DNA of 49,930 nt from positions 1 through 49,930 of the forward strand of contig CAJOME010000001.1 of NCBI GenBank assembly GCA_905235585.1. The letters are read 5' to 3'. Shown here in pieces: positions 27,722 through 36,232 of this stretch; position 1 is the stretch's first letter; each line of letters begins with the position of its first letter. The position numbers were made by a program, and so were the translations under genes. The stretch is from an uncultured Lachnospiraceae bacterium. GTDB taxonomy: Bacteria > Bacillota > Clostridia > Lachnospirales > Lachnospiraceae. The notes beneath the pieces are model-generated. The model saw only the letters and a program-made list of their open reading frames with translations, was not told the origin of the DNA and searched no databases.

Positions 27722-28995
27722 CTTACAAAGAGGCCGTAAGCTATATAAGGGCGACAGCGGCTTTCGGCTCGAAGCTGGGACTTGATAATATCCGATGTCT
27801 CTTGTCGTTTCTTGGAGACCCCCAGGATGAACTCAGGTGCATTCATATCGCAGGAACGAATGGAAAGGGCAGCGTGGCTGCCTATATCGCGTCTGTGCTT
27901 AAAGCATCGGGATACAGAGTCGGGATATACACATCTCCGGAGCTTTTCCGCTTTTCGGAAAGGATACGCATAAATGACGAGGAGATCTCAGAGGAGGATA
28001 TTGCCCGGTATACGCACGAGGTAAAGAGGGCTGCGGATGAGATGGCATCACGCAGTATGGGTAATCCCACCGAATTCGAGCTTGTGATGGCCATGGCATT
28101 CTGCTATTTCAGGGATAAACAGACAGATGCGGTGATACTGGAGGTAGGGATGGGAGGACGACTGGATGCCACGAATGTCATCAGGTCTTCTCTGCTTTCC
28201 GTCATTACCAAGATAAGCTATGACCATATGCAGTATCTCGGGAATACACTGGAAGCCATCGCAGGAGAAAAAGCAGCCATAATAAAACCGTGCGGCAGAG
28301 TCATAGTGTATCCTCCCACACAGAACGTACTCACGGTATATGAAGATGAATGCGAAAAGAAAGAGGCGGCACTCTACGTGTCAGGGAGAGCCGGCCGGAT
28401 CTCTGCCGAGGTGACCGGGGGTCAGCGCTTTGTATTACAGGGCAAAGAGTATACTACAGCAATGCCGGGACTCTACGAGATTGATAACGCGTCTCTTGCC
28501 ATACAGGCACTGGAGCTCTTAAAAGAGGATCTTGCGAAGATCACGGACGATACGGTACATGAGGGTATAGCAAAGGCCATATGGCCCGGAAGATTTGAAG
28601 TACTGTCAAAAGAACCGCTCATAATAGCTGACGGAGCCCATAATGTGGATGGGGCAGAGGCACTGGCAGCTTGTCTCAGGGAGTATTTTGCGGATAATAA
28701 AGTCAGGCTCTGCGTAGGGATATTAAAGGATAAGCAGTACAGAGATATGCTGAAAACCCTGCTGCCTTTTGCTTCATCGGTGATCGCTTGTGAAGTGCCC
28801 AATCCGAGAAGTCTTGATGCAGCAGAGCTGAAATCGGTGATAGGAGAGATCTGTCCCGGGATGCCTATAGAAACAGCATATGATATAGAGGCGGCTGCTG
28901 CGGCAATAAAAAAACCACAGCAAAACGCTGCGGCAGATATAATATGCGGTAGCCTTTACCTCGTTGGACCGATCCGGGAAATACTCAGAGCATGA
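27718..28995 (+). CDS. folC: Folylpolyglutamate synthase / dihydrofolate synthase
   Basis: HIAGTNGKGS, EVGMGGRLDATN, WPGR, DGAHN, GSLYL. Confidence 0.92.
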   Translation: MTYKEAVSYIRATAAFGSKLGLDNIRCLLSFLGDPQDELRCIHIAGTNGKGSVAAYIASVLKASGYRVGIYTSPELFRFSERIRINDEEISEEDIARYTHEVKRAADEMASRSMGNPTEFELVMAMAFCYFRDKQTDAVILEVGMGGRLDATNVIRSSLLSVITKISYDHMQYLGNTLEAIAGEKAAIIKPCGRVIVYPPTQNVLTVYEDECEKKEAALYVSGRAGRISAEVTGGQRFVLQGKEYTTAMPGLYEIDNASLAIQALELLKEDLAKITDDTVHEGIAKAIWPGRFEVLSKEPLIIADGAHNVDGAEALAACLREYFADNKVRLCVGILKDKQYRDMLKTLLPFASSVIACEVPNPRSLDAAELKSVIGEICPGMPIETAYDIEAAAAAIKKPQQNAAADIICGSLYLVGPIREILRA

Positions 28996-28999
28996 TCTC

Positions 29000-29503
29000 C
29001 TATACCGTAATGAACATCATCTCTGCGTTTGATGTCCCGATAGATATAGGGATATGGAGTATTTCCTTAAACTTTATCTGATCCCTTGCCTCGTCTTCTT
29101 CAAGGAACAGCTGCGGCTCCATAGTAAGATCTATGCCATCCTTGGCCTCGGTAATGACATATTCCCCGTTTATACGGTTTATCAGCTCTCCGGAGGCATC
29201 AAAGATAAAGCTCCTGTCATCTTCAAACTCGTCACCGGCAAAGCCCCTTGCGATGGCTCTGAGACCCTCGTGCAGATCCACCAGCCCAAGATAATATGTA
29301 ATATCCTTTCCGACGATCTTTTGAAACAGCCCGGATGTAAGAGTGTCCGGAGCGGTGGTGATATAGATCTCATCCATGCCGATAGGGACATAAACATTCT
29401 CTACAAGAAAATGAAGAGCATAAAGCGCGTGTCGCATATATACCGAATCGCTCATGCATTTTTCCGTTACTTCTCTCAGATTTTCCCAAGTGAGTGTATA
29501 CAT
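29000..29503 (-). CDS. CheX/CheC-like protein (putative CheY-P phosphatase)
   Basis: DASGELINRING fits the D-x3-E-x2-N motif of CheC/CheX phosphatases; otherwise divergent. Confidence 0.5.
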   Translation of the reverse strand: MYTLTWENLREVTEKCMSDSVYMRHALYALHFLVENVYVPIGMDEIYITTAPDTLTSGLFQKIVGKDITYYLGLVDLHEGLRAIARGFAGDEFEDDRSFIFDASGELINRINGEYVITEAKDGIDLTMEPQLFLEEDEARDQIKFKEILHIPISIGTSNAEMMFITV

Positions 29504-29599
29504 ATGTTTATTTTATAACATAATATAAGGTTAATGCAAATATAATATAGTGAGCGAAATTATTTTCGCATACTATAATTATGAGTTATACTGATTGTC

Positions 29600-31003
29600 A
29601 TGAAAAAACTGAAGGATAAGATACCGTATCTGCTTACGGCTTTATGTGCCGTCATATATGTGAGCCTTGTATTTAACAACAATCTTTGGCTGGATGAAGC
29701 ATTCTCGGCCTCCATCATACGCTGCGGATTTAAGGAGATGATGATACGTACGGCAAACGATACCCTGCCGCCGTTTTACAATCTGTCTGCATGGTGCTTT
29801 ACAAGGATCTTTGGCTATTCCTCCGTCACGCTTAAGCTGTTTTCCGTATTGCCGATGGTGCTGCTGATGCTTATTTCGTCGCATTTCCTTACAAAGGGCT
29901 TTTCTGTTTGCACATCAGGCGTATATATCATGCTGATCACAGCCATGCCGTATATGCTTGAGCATGGAGTGGAGATAAGGATGTACAGCTGGGCGCTTTT
30001 TTTTGCTTCAGCTTCCGCGATATTTGCGGTATGCATGATAAAAGATATGGCACATGCCGAGATATGGCTCATCATCTGCACGGTACTCGGAGCATATACC
30101 CATCAGTATACTCTTATCACCGAGGTATATGTCTGGCTGATGCTGCTCGTATATTGTATCAGGCATAAGACTGTCATCAGATGGATAAAATACGCAGTAC
30201 TCTGTATAGTGCTGTATATCCCCTGCGCTGTGCTCACACTGTTTCAGATGAGCAGGGCAGTGACATATTTTTCGGCGACCGGGGCATCGCTTGGGGCTCT
30301 TTTATCAAGTCTCAGATATCCGTTTGTAACCCATTACACTGCAGTATCCGCCATGCTTCTTTTTACTGCCGCGGCTTTGTTTGCGGCATCAGTGATGATG
30401 AGGGAATATACAGCGGCATTTTATATGATCATATACGTATGTATAGCCGTAATATCCTTTTTTATTATGGCAGTTACAGGCTCCAGCTTCTTTTCTTCCA
30501 GATATCTGATGCCGGCCATAGGCATAATGTGGCTGGGAGCTGCTGTCGCTGCGGGAGAGGCTGCACGGCGTACCGGGCAATACGGTGGAGATGAAAGGAA
30601 AGCCCGTCTTATACGGTATATGATATATGGCTTCGGGGCAGCGGTCATGCTTATCCCGCTCGTTATCTGCTACACGAAGCAATACAGGGAAGAATATGTG
30701 GATGATACTGCTTTTGAGGAATTCATAGCCTCTACCGGCGAAGATGACGGATATGCAATATATGAGGACTTCCCGGAGATACAGGTCTGCCTGGAGTATT
30801 ACGCGCCATGGCTTAGGGCATATGCGCCGGACAAGCTTGACGGAGTGTCCGGCAGTAAATATGTATTTATCAGCAGCAGCGCAAATACCGATGAAGCAGC
30901 TGTGCTGAAAGGATATTCCGACAACGAAAAAAATTTTGAGGTCACCTATTTAGGAAATTATGTTTTTGACCGATATTCATTTAAAGCATACACCTTGCAC
31001 TAG
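29600..31003 (+). CDS. GT-C fold membrane glycosyltransferase (GT39/PMT-like)
   Basis: WLDEAFS acidic motif after TM1, PPFY, EIRMYS; >10 hydrophobic segments. Confidence 0.75.
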   Translation: MKKLKDKIPYLLTALCAVIYVSLVFNNNLWLDEAFSASIIRCGFKEMMIRTANDTLPPFYNLSAWCFTRIFGYSSVTLKLFSVLPMVLLMLISSHFLTKGFSVCTSGVYIMLITAMPYMLEHGVEIRMYSWALFFASASAIFAVCMIKDMAHAEIWLIICTVLGAYTHQYTLITEVYVWLMLLVYCIRHKTVIRWIKYAVLCIVLYIPCAVLTLFQMSRAVTYFSATGASLGALLSSLRYPFVTHYTAVSAMLLFTAAALFAASVMMREYTAAFYMIIYVCIAVISFFIMAVTGSSFFSSRYLMPAIGIMWLGAAVAAGEAARRTGQYGGDERKARLIRYMIYGFGAAVMLIPLVICYTKQYREEYVDDTAFEEFIASTGEDDGYAIYEDFPEIQVCLEYYAPWLRAYAPDKLDGVSGSKYVFISSSANTDEAAVLKGYSDNEKNFEVTYLGNYVFDRYSFKAYTLH

Positions 31004-31026
31004 TGCTTTTGAAAGGAGGGATCGCT

Positions 31027-31239
31027 ATGATAGGAGCTATAGACTCAATGGCTGATCCGACTGGTACCATACGCAGTGTCGCTTCTGCGATGTCAGCGGC
31101 CAAGACCAGTAATGCCGTAGGTACGGCAATGCTGTCCAAGGCGCTGGACGCCCAGGATGAGACGGGAGCTGCCATGATAAAGATGATGGAGCGTTCCGTG
31201 AACCCTGCTGTAGGAGGCAATATAGACATATCAGGCTGA
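31027..31239 (+). CDS. YjfB-like putative motility protein
   Basis: AVGTAMLSKALD...MMERSVNPAVGGNIDIS pattern; AAGGAGG RBS. Confidence 0.75.
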   Translation: MIGAIDSMADPTGTIRSVASAMSAAKTSNAVGTAMLSKALDAQDETGAAMIKMMERSVNPAVGGNIDISG

Positions 31240-31249
31240 TGCATGATAC

Positions 31250-31288
31250 CAAAAAAACGGGACCCCGATTAAAGGGTCTCGTTTTTTG
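31250..31288 (+). terminator. Rho-independent terminator
   Basis: AAAAAACGGGACCC...GGGTCTCGTTTTTT. Confidence 0.8.
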
Positions 31289-31338
31289 CGCTTCTGCATA
31301 TGTTTATGATATAATGTATAGAATTTTTTATAACGACC

Positions 31339-32001
31339 ATGAAGACATACGAAGTAATGGGGATAAAGGTAAAGGACCATTCGGTCAGAGAGGCACTGCG
31401 TCTGACGAGAGATTATTTATCGGATAATTCTCCGTCAGTGGTGTACTTTCTCACAAAGGGAACTCTTCTCGAGGCAGCGGATGCCGATGATTATCGTGCT
31501 TTTCTGGAGACTGAGGCGGATATCACCATGATAGCCACACCGGATATTTTTAAGGCCGCAGGCGTAGAGGATAAAGGCAGAGCCAGAGAAATAGACAGAA
31601 ATCTGTATCTGAAGGGACTGCTGAGACTCTTGTCCAGGGAGCACCGCCGGGTTTATCTGATGTCGCAGACACCCGAGCAGATGTCGGATCTGAAGCATCT
31701 TCTGCTCACCTTTGAGAACACGCTTCAGGTAGCCGGAGCTTGTGATAATGCAGAGGCCGGAGCAGCCGAGGATGTCACGAATGATATCAACACCGTGACA
31801 CCCTATGCAGTTTTTGCGGTTCTTACGGGGAAAGACGGAGCGGATTTTGTGAATGCCGCAAAGAAATTTATGAATTCAAGACTTATAGTAGTACTTCAGC
31901 CGGAGCTTTTGAATATCAGAGAGGACGGCTCTGTCAGACAGGGTCTCATGGCGAGGCTGTCCGGAAGGCTCTTTACCAGGATAGCCGGAAGGTATAAATG
32001 A
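31339..32001 (+). CDS. WecB/TagA/CpsF-like glycosyltransferase (divergent)
   Basis: EVMGIKV N-terminus, ADITMIA, RRVYLM, DINTVTPYAVFAVL resemble the TagA fold; canonical motifs are degenerate. Confidence 0.55.
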   Translation: MKTYEVMGIKVKDHSVREALRLTRDYLSDNSPSVVYFLTKGTLLEAADADDYRAFLETEADITMIATPDIFKAAGVEDKGRAREIDRNLYLKGLLRLLSREHRRVYLMSQTPEQMSDLKHLLLTFENTLQVAGACDNAEAGAAEDVTNDINTVTPYAVFAVLTGKDGADFVNAAKKFMNSRLIVVLQPELLNIREDGSVRQGLMARLSGRLFTRIAGRYK

Positions 32002-32054
32002 TACAGGTGGTGTCACAGGATGTATAAGGTATAGGGAGGAAAGGCGTTTTAGAG

Positions 32055-32741
32055 ATGATTTTATTGGAAGATGTAGTAAAAACCTATAGTTCGGGCTCGC
32101 CTGCACTCAATGGCATCAGCCTCAACATAGAGGCCGGCGAGTTTGTGTTTATAGTAGGGGACTCCGGCAGCGGCAAGAGTACTCTGATCAAGCTGCTGCT
32201 AAGGGAGCTGAGACCCACATCAGGACGTATAATCGTCAACAATACCGATGTTACAAAGCTGAGGCACAGCAGGATACCTAAATACCGCAGGAATATCGGC
32301 TGTGTGTTTCAGGATTTCAGACTGCTCAAAGACAGAAACGTATATGAGAATGTGGCATTCGCGCAAAGAGTCATATCCGTACCGGGACGCGAGATAAAGA
32401 GGAATGTGCCGCAGGTACTCTCTACCGTGGGTCTTGCAGAGAAATACAGCTCCAGACCGAAGGAGCTGTCGGGAGGAGAGCAGCAGAGAGTGGCTGTAGC
32501 AAGGGCGATAATAAATAATCCTCCGATACTTCTGGCCGATGAGCCTACCGGTAATCTTGATCCGAAGAATTCATGGGATATCATGAAGCTTTTGGAGAAG
32601 ATCAACAGAAGAGGCACAACGGTTCTTGTAGTCACCCATAACCGCGAGATAGTAAATGCGATGCAGAAACGGGTAATCACGATGAAAAAAGGTGTCATAC
32701 TCGCAGACGAGGAAAAGGGAGAGTATATCGATGAGGATTAG
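32055..32741 (+). CDS. ftsE: Cell division ATP-binding protein FtsE
   Basis: [34 protein letters not shown]. Confidence 0.93.
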   Translation: MILLEDVVKTYSSGSPALNGISLNIEAGEFVFIVGDSGSGKSTLIKLLLRELRPTSGRIIVNNTDVTKLRHSRIPKYRRNIGCVFQDFRLLKDRNVYENVAFAQRVISVPGREIKRNVPQVLSTVGLAEKYSSRPKELSGGEQQRVAVARAIINNPPILLADEPTGNLDPKNSWDIMKLLEKINRRGTTVLVVTHNREIVNAMQKRVITMKKGVILADEEKGEYIDED

Positions 32742-33630
32742 TACACTGGGATTTACCTTAAAGCAGGGTGTAAAATCCATTTTCAGAAACAAGATATTTT
32801 CACTTGCGACGGTAGCTACCATAGGATCATGTATCTTTCTTTTCGGGCTGTTTTATTCCGTAATGGTGAATTTCCAGAATATCGTACATCAGGTTGAATC
32901 AGGTGTGGCAGTTACGGCATTCTTCGAGACGGACATTACCGATGAAAGGATACAGCAGATCGGACAGGAGATAAGCCAGCGGGCGGAGGTGTCCAAGGTA
33001 GTATATGTGTCTGCGGAGCAGGCATGGGCAGACTTTAAGGACGATTACCTCGGAGAATATGCGGATACCTTCGGAGATGACAACCCATTGGCAGATTCCG
33101 CAAACTATGAGATATATCTGAATGATGTAGCCATGCAGCAGCAGCTGGTGGATTATCTCATGACGATAGACGGGATAAGCGAGATACACAAGTCCGCGAA
33201 TGTAGCCAATACGCTCGCTACGGCAAACAGTCTGGTGAGCTACGTTTCGCTTGCGATCATCTTTATACTTTTTGCCGTTTCCATCTTCCTTATCAGTAAT
33301 ACGGTTGCTATCGGTATTTCGGTGCGTCGTGAGGAGATAAGTATCATGAAGCTCATAGGAGCCTCTGATTTTGTGGTAAGGGCTCCGTTTATGCTGGAGG
33401 GTATGATCCTTGGCCTGGTGGGAGCAGCTATTCCGCTGGTGATCATATATTTCATATATAACAAGGCCATAGGATATGTCATGGAGGAGTTTGCGGTATT
33501 GAATTCCATTCTCGCATTTCTCCCCGTAGAGCAGATCTTCTATACATTGGTGCCTATAGCGCTGATCCTCGGAGTAGGGATCGGATTTCTCGGAAGCGGA
33601 CTTACGGTGCGCCGCCATTTGAGGGTATGA
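32731..33630 (+). CDS. ftsX: Cell division permease FtsX
   Basis: Follows ftsE; ISNTV...[14 protein letters not shown]...PFMLEG. Confidence 0.92.
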   Translation: MRISTLGFTLKQGVKSIFRNKIFSLATVATIGSCIFLFGLFYSVMVNFQNIVHQVESGVAVTAFFETDITDERIQQIGQEISQRAEVSKVVYVSAEQAWADFKDDYLGEYADTFGDDNPLADSANYEIYLNDVAMQQQLVDYLMTIDGISEIHKSANVANTLATANSLVSYVSLAIIFILFAVSIFLISNTVAIGISVRREEISIMKLIGASDFVVRAPFMLEGMILGLVGAAIPLVIIYFIYNKAIGYVMEEFAVLNSILAFLPVEQIFYTLVPIALILGVGIGFLGSGLTVRRHLRV

Positions 33631-34937
33631 GGGCCCGTTTTTTTGCGATAAGATTTTTAGCTGTTGTGCTGTGCATGTCATTGTGCACGGCACAATTTAT
33701 ATTGCCTGTAAGGGTATACGCAGACGAGGATGACGACGATGATTCCTCAGACAGCAGCTCCTCCGAGATAGATGAGATCAAGAGACAGATAGAGGAATCA
33801 AAGGCAGCCAAACAAAAGGCGAATGAGACAAAAACCGCGCTTGCCTCGGGTATGGCCAGTGTGCAACAGATCATAGGATCGCTTCAGGCTGAAAAGAATA
33901 ATGTGGTAACCTATGTAGCGACTCTGGATGCCGCCATGGAGCAGATACAGGATGATCTTAACAGCATAGATACTGCGATATCCGAAAACAAAGTGCAGAT
34001 AAAGGAAGCGGAGCAGGCTATAGAGAGCGCACAGGAGGCACTCGATGATGCCGAGGCAGTCAGACAGTCCCAATATGATTCGATAAAGGGTCAGATACGC
34101 TTCATGTACACGACTGAAAAGAATACTTTTCTCAGTCTCATATTCACATCCAAAAGTATAGCTGATATGCTGAACCGCACCCAGTATATCAGCATGATCA
34201 TGGATTATGACCAAAGAAAGCTTGAGCAGTACGCAAAGACTGTAGAGGCGGCAGAAGAGGCCAAGCAGCTTCTGGAAGAGAGCAAGGCAAAGCTTGATGA
34301 GAAGGAGCAGGAGCTCGAGACAAGGCTTGATGAGCAGAAGAGCAAGGAATCGGATATGGCCACGCTTATCTCGGCAAAGGAAGCAGAGATAGGTCAGTAC
34401 AATGCCGAGATAGGAAACAAAGAAGTACAGGTAGAGGAGTATAAGAAGATGATAGCAGAGCAGGACGCGGAGATCGCGGCGATAGAGGCCGCACTCAGAA
34501 AGCAGCAGGCTGCACTGGCGGAAGCAAATAAGAGGGTATACGGGGGAGGACAGTTCGTATGGCCGGCTCCGAGCTACACAAGGATCTCGGATGATTACGG
34601 TATGAGGCTGCATCCTACTCTTGGAGTACAGATGATGCACAACGGTGTGGATATGGCCGCACCCTCGGGCTCTGCGATACGGGCGGCTGCCGACGGACAG
34701 GTGATAGCGGCTTCATATTCCAGCTCCATGGGTAATTATATAATGGTAGATCACGGCTCGGATCTGATCTCAATATATATGCATGCATCAGCGCTTAATG
34801 TATCGGTAGGTCAGGAGGTATCCGCGGGAGACCGCATCGGATCGGTCGGATCTACGGGAAGAAGTACGGGACCGCATCTCCACTTTGGAGTCAGGAAAAA
34901 CGGCTCATATGTGAACCCGTGGTCATACCTAAAATAA
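33627..34937 (+). CDS. Coiled-coil + M23 peptidase (FtsEX-associated murein hydrolase, EnvC-like)
   Basis: Signal peptide, long coiled coil, intact HNGVD and HLH zinc motifs. Confidence 0.88.
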   Translation: MRARFFAIRFLAVVLCMSLCTAQFILPVRVYADEDDDDDSSDSSSSEIDEIKRQIEESKAAKQKANETKTALASGMASVQQIIGSLQAEKNNVVTYVATLDAAMEQIQDDLNSIDTAISENKVQIKEAEQAIESAQEALDDAEAVRQSQYDSIKGQIRFMYTTEKNTFLSLIFTSKSIADMLNRTQYISMIMDYDQRKLEQYAKTVEAAEEAKQLLEESKAKLDEKEQELETRLDEQKSKESDMATLISAKEAEIGQYNAEIGNKEVQVEEYKKMIAEQDAEIAAIEAALRKQQAALAEANKRVYGGGQFVWPAPSYTRISDDYGMRLHPTLGVQMMHNGVDMAAPSGSAIRAAADGQVIAASYSSSMGNYIMVDHGSDLISIYMHASALNVSVGQEVSAGDRIGSVGSTGRSTGPHLHFGVRKNGSYVNPWSYLK

Positions 34938-34960
34938 TACGGCACAGAAAAAGGAGACAC

Positions 34961-36232
34961 ATGAACGAGACAAGATGGCAGCAGACCGGTAAAGGTCAAT
35001 ATGAGCTGAAAGACATAAGGTATCCTGAGGATCTGTACACTAATGAGAGGAATACGGGAGGATCGCGTGGAAAGGCGGGCTTCTTTGTGTTTGGGCTGCT
35101 CATAGGGGCGCTGGTCACCGCGACGGTTTTTTGGGGATTATACGGGTCTTTCAACTCTCTGTCTGTCTCCGCACAGAAAAAGATCGGCAGGATCGAAAAG
35201 CTTGTGGACAGCTATTATCTGTGGGAAAGGGACGATAAAGCCGAAGAGACCGGAGTATATAAAGGGATAGTTTCCTCGCTCGGGGATAAATATGCAGCTT
35301 ATTATACCGAAGAGGAATTAAAGCTCGACAAGGAGAACAATGCCGGAGAATTCTCCGGGATAGGCTGTACCATAGGCAATGACCCAGAATATGATATGTG
35401 CTATATCGCCGGGATCATGGAGGGGTATGGTGCTGAAAAAGCCGGGCTGCAGGCAGGGGATTACTTCCTTGAGGTAAACGGAGAGGATGCCACAAACTGG
35501 TCTTCATCCGAGGTGGCTTCTCACGTAAAGGGTCCTGAAGGGACTACCGTGAACCTCAGGATACTGAGAGACGGAGAGGAGCTTGAGTTTACCGTCGAAC
35601 GGATGCGGGTAGAGAGCCAGACCGTAGCCTATGAGATGTATGACGAGGATAATAAGATCGGGTATATAAGGATAGCAGAGTTTGACAGCATCACCGTGCC
35701 CCAGTTTAAGGAGGCAAAAGACGATCTTACTAAGCAGGGCATGAAGGGACTGATACTTGATCTGCGCAGCAATCCGGGCGGACTGGTCAATGCCTGCGCG
35801 GATATTGCTTCGGAGATGCTCCCGAAGGGCAAGATAGTCTATGCGCTTTCAAAAGACGGCGAGAGGATGCAGTGGGATTCGGATGGCAGGAAAGAGATAG
35901 ATATACCGGTTGTGATACTGGTGAACGAGGGTACTGCTTCTGCCGCGGAGATTCTCACCGGAGCCATGAAGGATTACAAAAAGGCTGTGGTCATCGGCAC
36001 GACCACCTATGGTAAGGGGATCATTCAGAATACATATTCTCTCGGAGACGGTACGGCGATCGAGTTTACTGCGGGAGAGTATTATCTTCCCAACGGAGAG
36101 AGCATTCATGAGAAAGGCATAGAGCCGGATATAGAGCTCAATATAGACAAAGAGGCCTATCTCAAAGACGGCTCTGACAACCAGCTTGATGCCGCCGGCA
36201 AAGAGATATTAAAAGAGCTGGAGAAAGACTGA
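34961..36232 (+). CDS. S41 carboxy-terminal processing protease (PDZ + S41)
   Basis: N-terminal TM, GIG PDZ loop, DLRSNPGG, TASAAE, GKG; AAGGAG RBS. Confidence 0.9.
   Translation: MNETRWQQTGKGQYELKDIRYPEDLYTNERNTGGSRGKAGFFVFGLLIGALVTATVFWGLYGSFNSLSVSAQKKIGRIEKLVDSYYLWERDDKAEETGVYKGIVSSLGDKYAAYYTEEELKLDKENNAGEFSGIGCTIGNDPEYDMCYIAGIMEGYGAEKAGLQAGDYFLEVNGEDATNWSSSEVASHVKGPEGTTVNLRILRDGEELEFTVERMRVESQTVAYEMYDEDNKIGYIRIAEFDSITVPQFKEAKDDLTKQGMKGLILDLRSNPGGLVNACADIASEMLPKGKIVYALSKDGERMQWDSDGRKEIDIPVVILVNEGTASAAEILTGAMKDYKKAVVIGTTTYGKGIIQNTYSLGDGTAIEFTAGEYYLPNGESIHEKGIEPDIELNIDKEAYLKDGSDNQLDAAGKEILKELEKD

Noticed and set aside
33727-33762. GAT/GAC-rich and Ser-rich low-complexity stretch in the M23 gene
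   Set aside because: It encodes an acidic linker (EDDDDDSSDSSS) after the signal peptide and is not a perfect tandem repeat.
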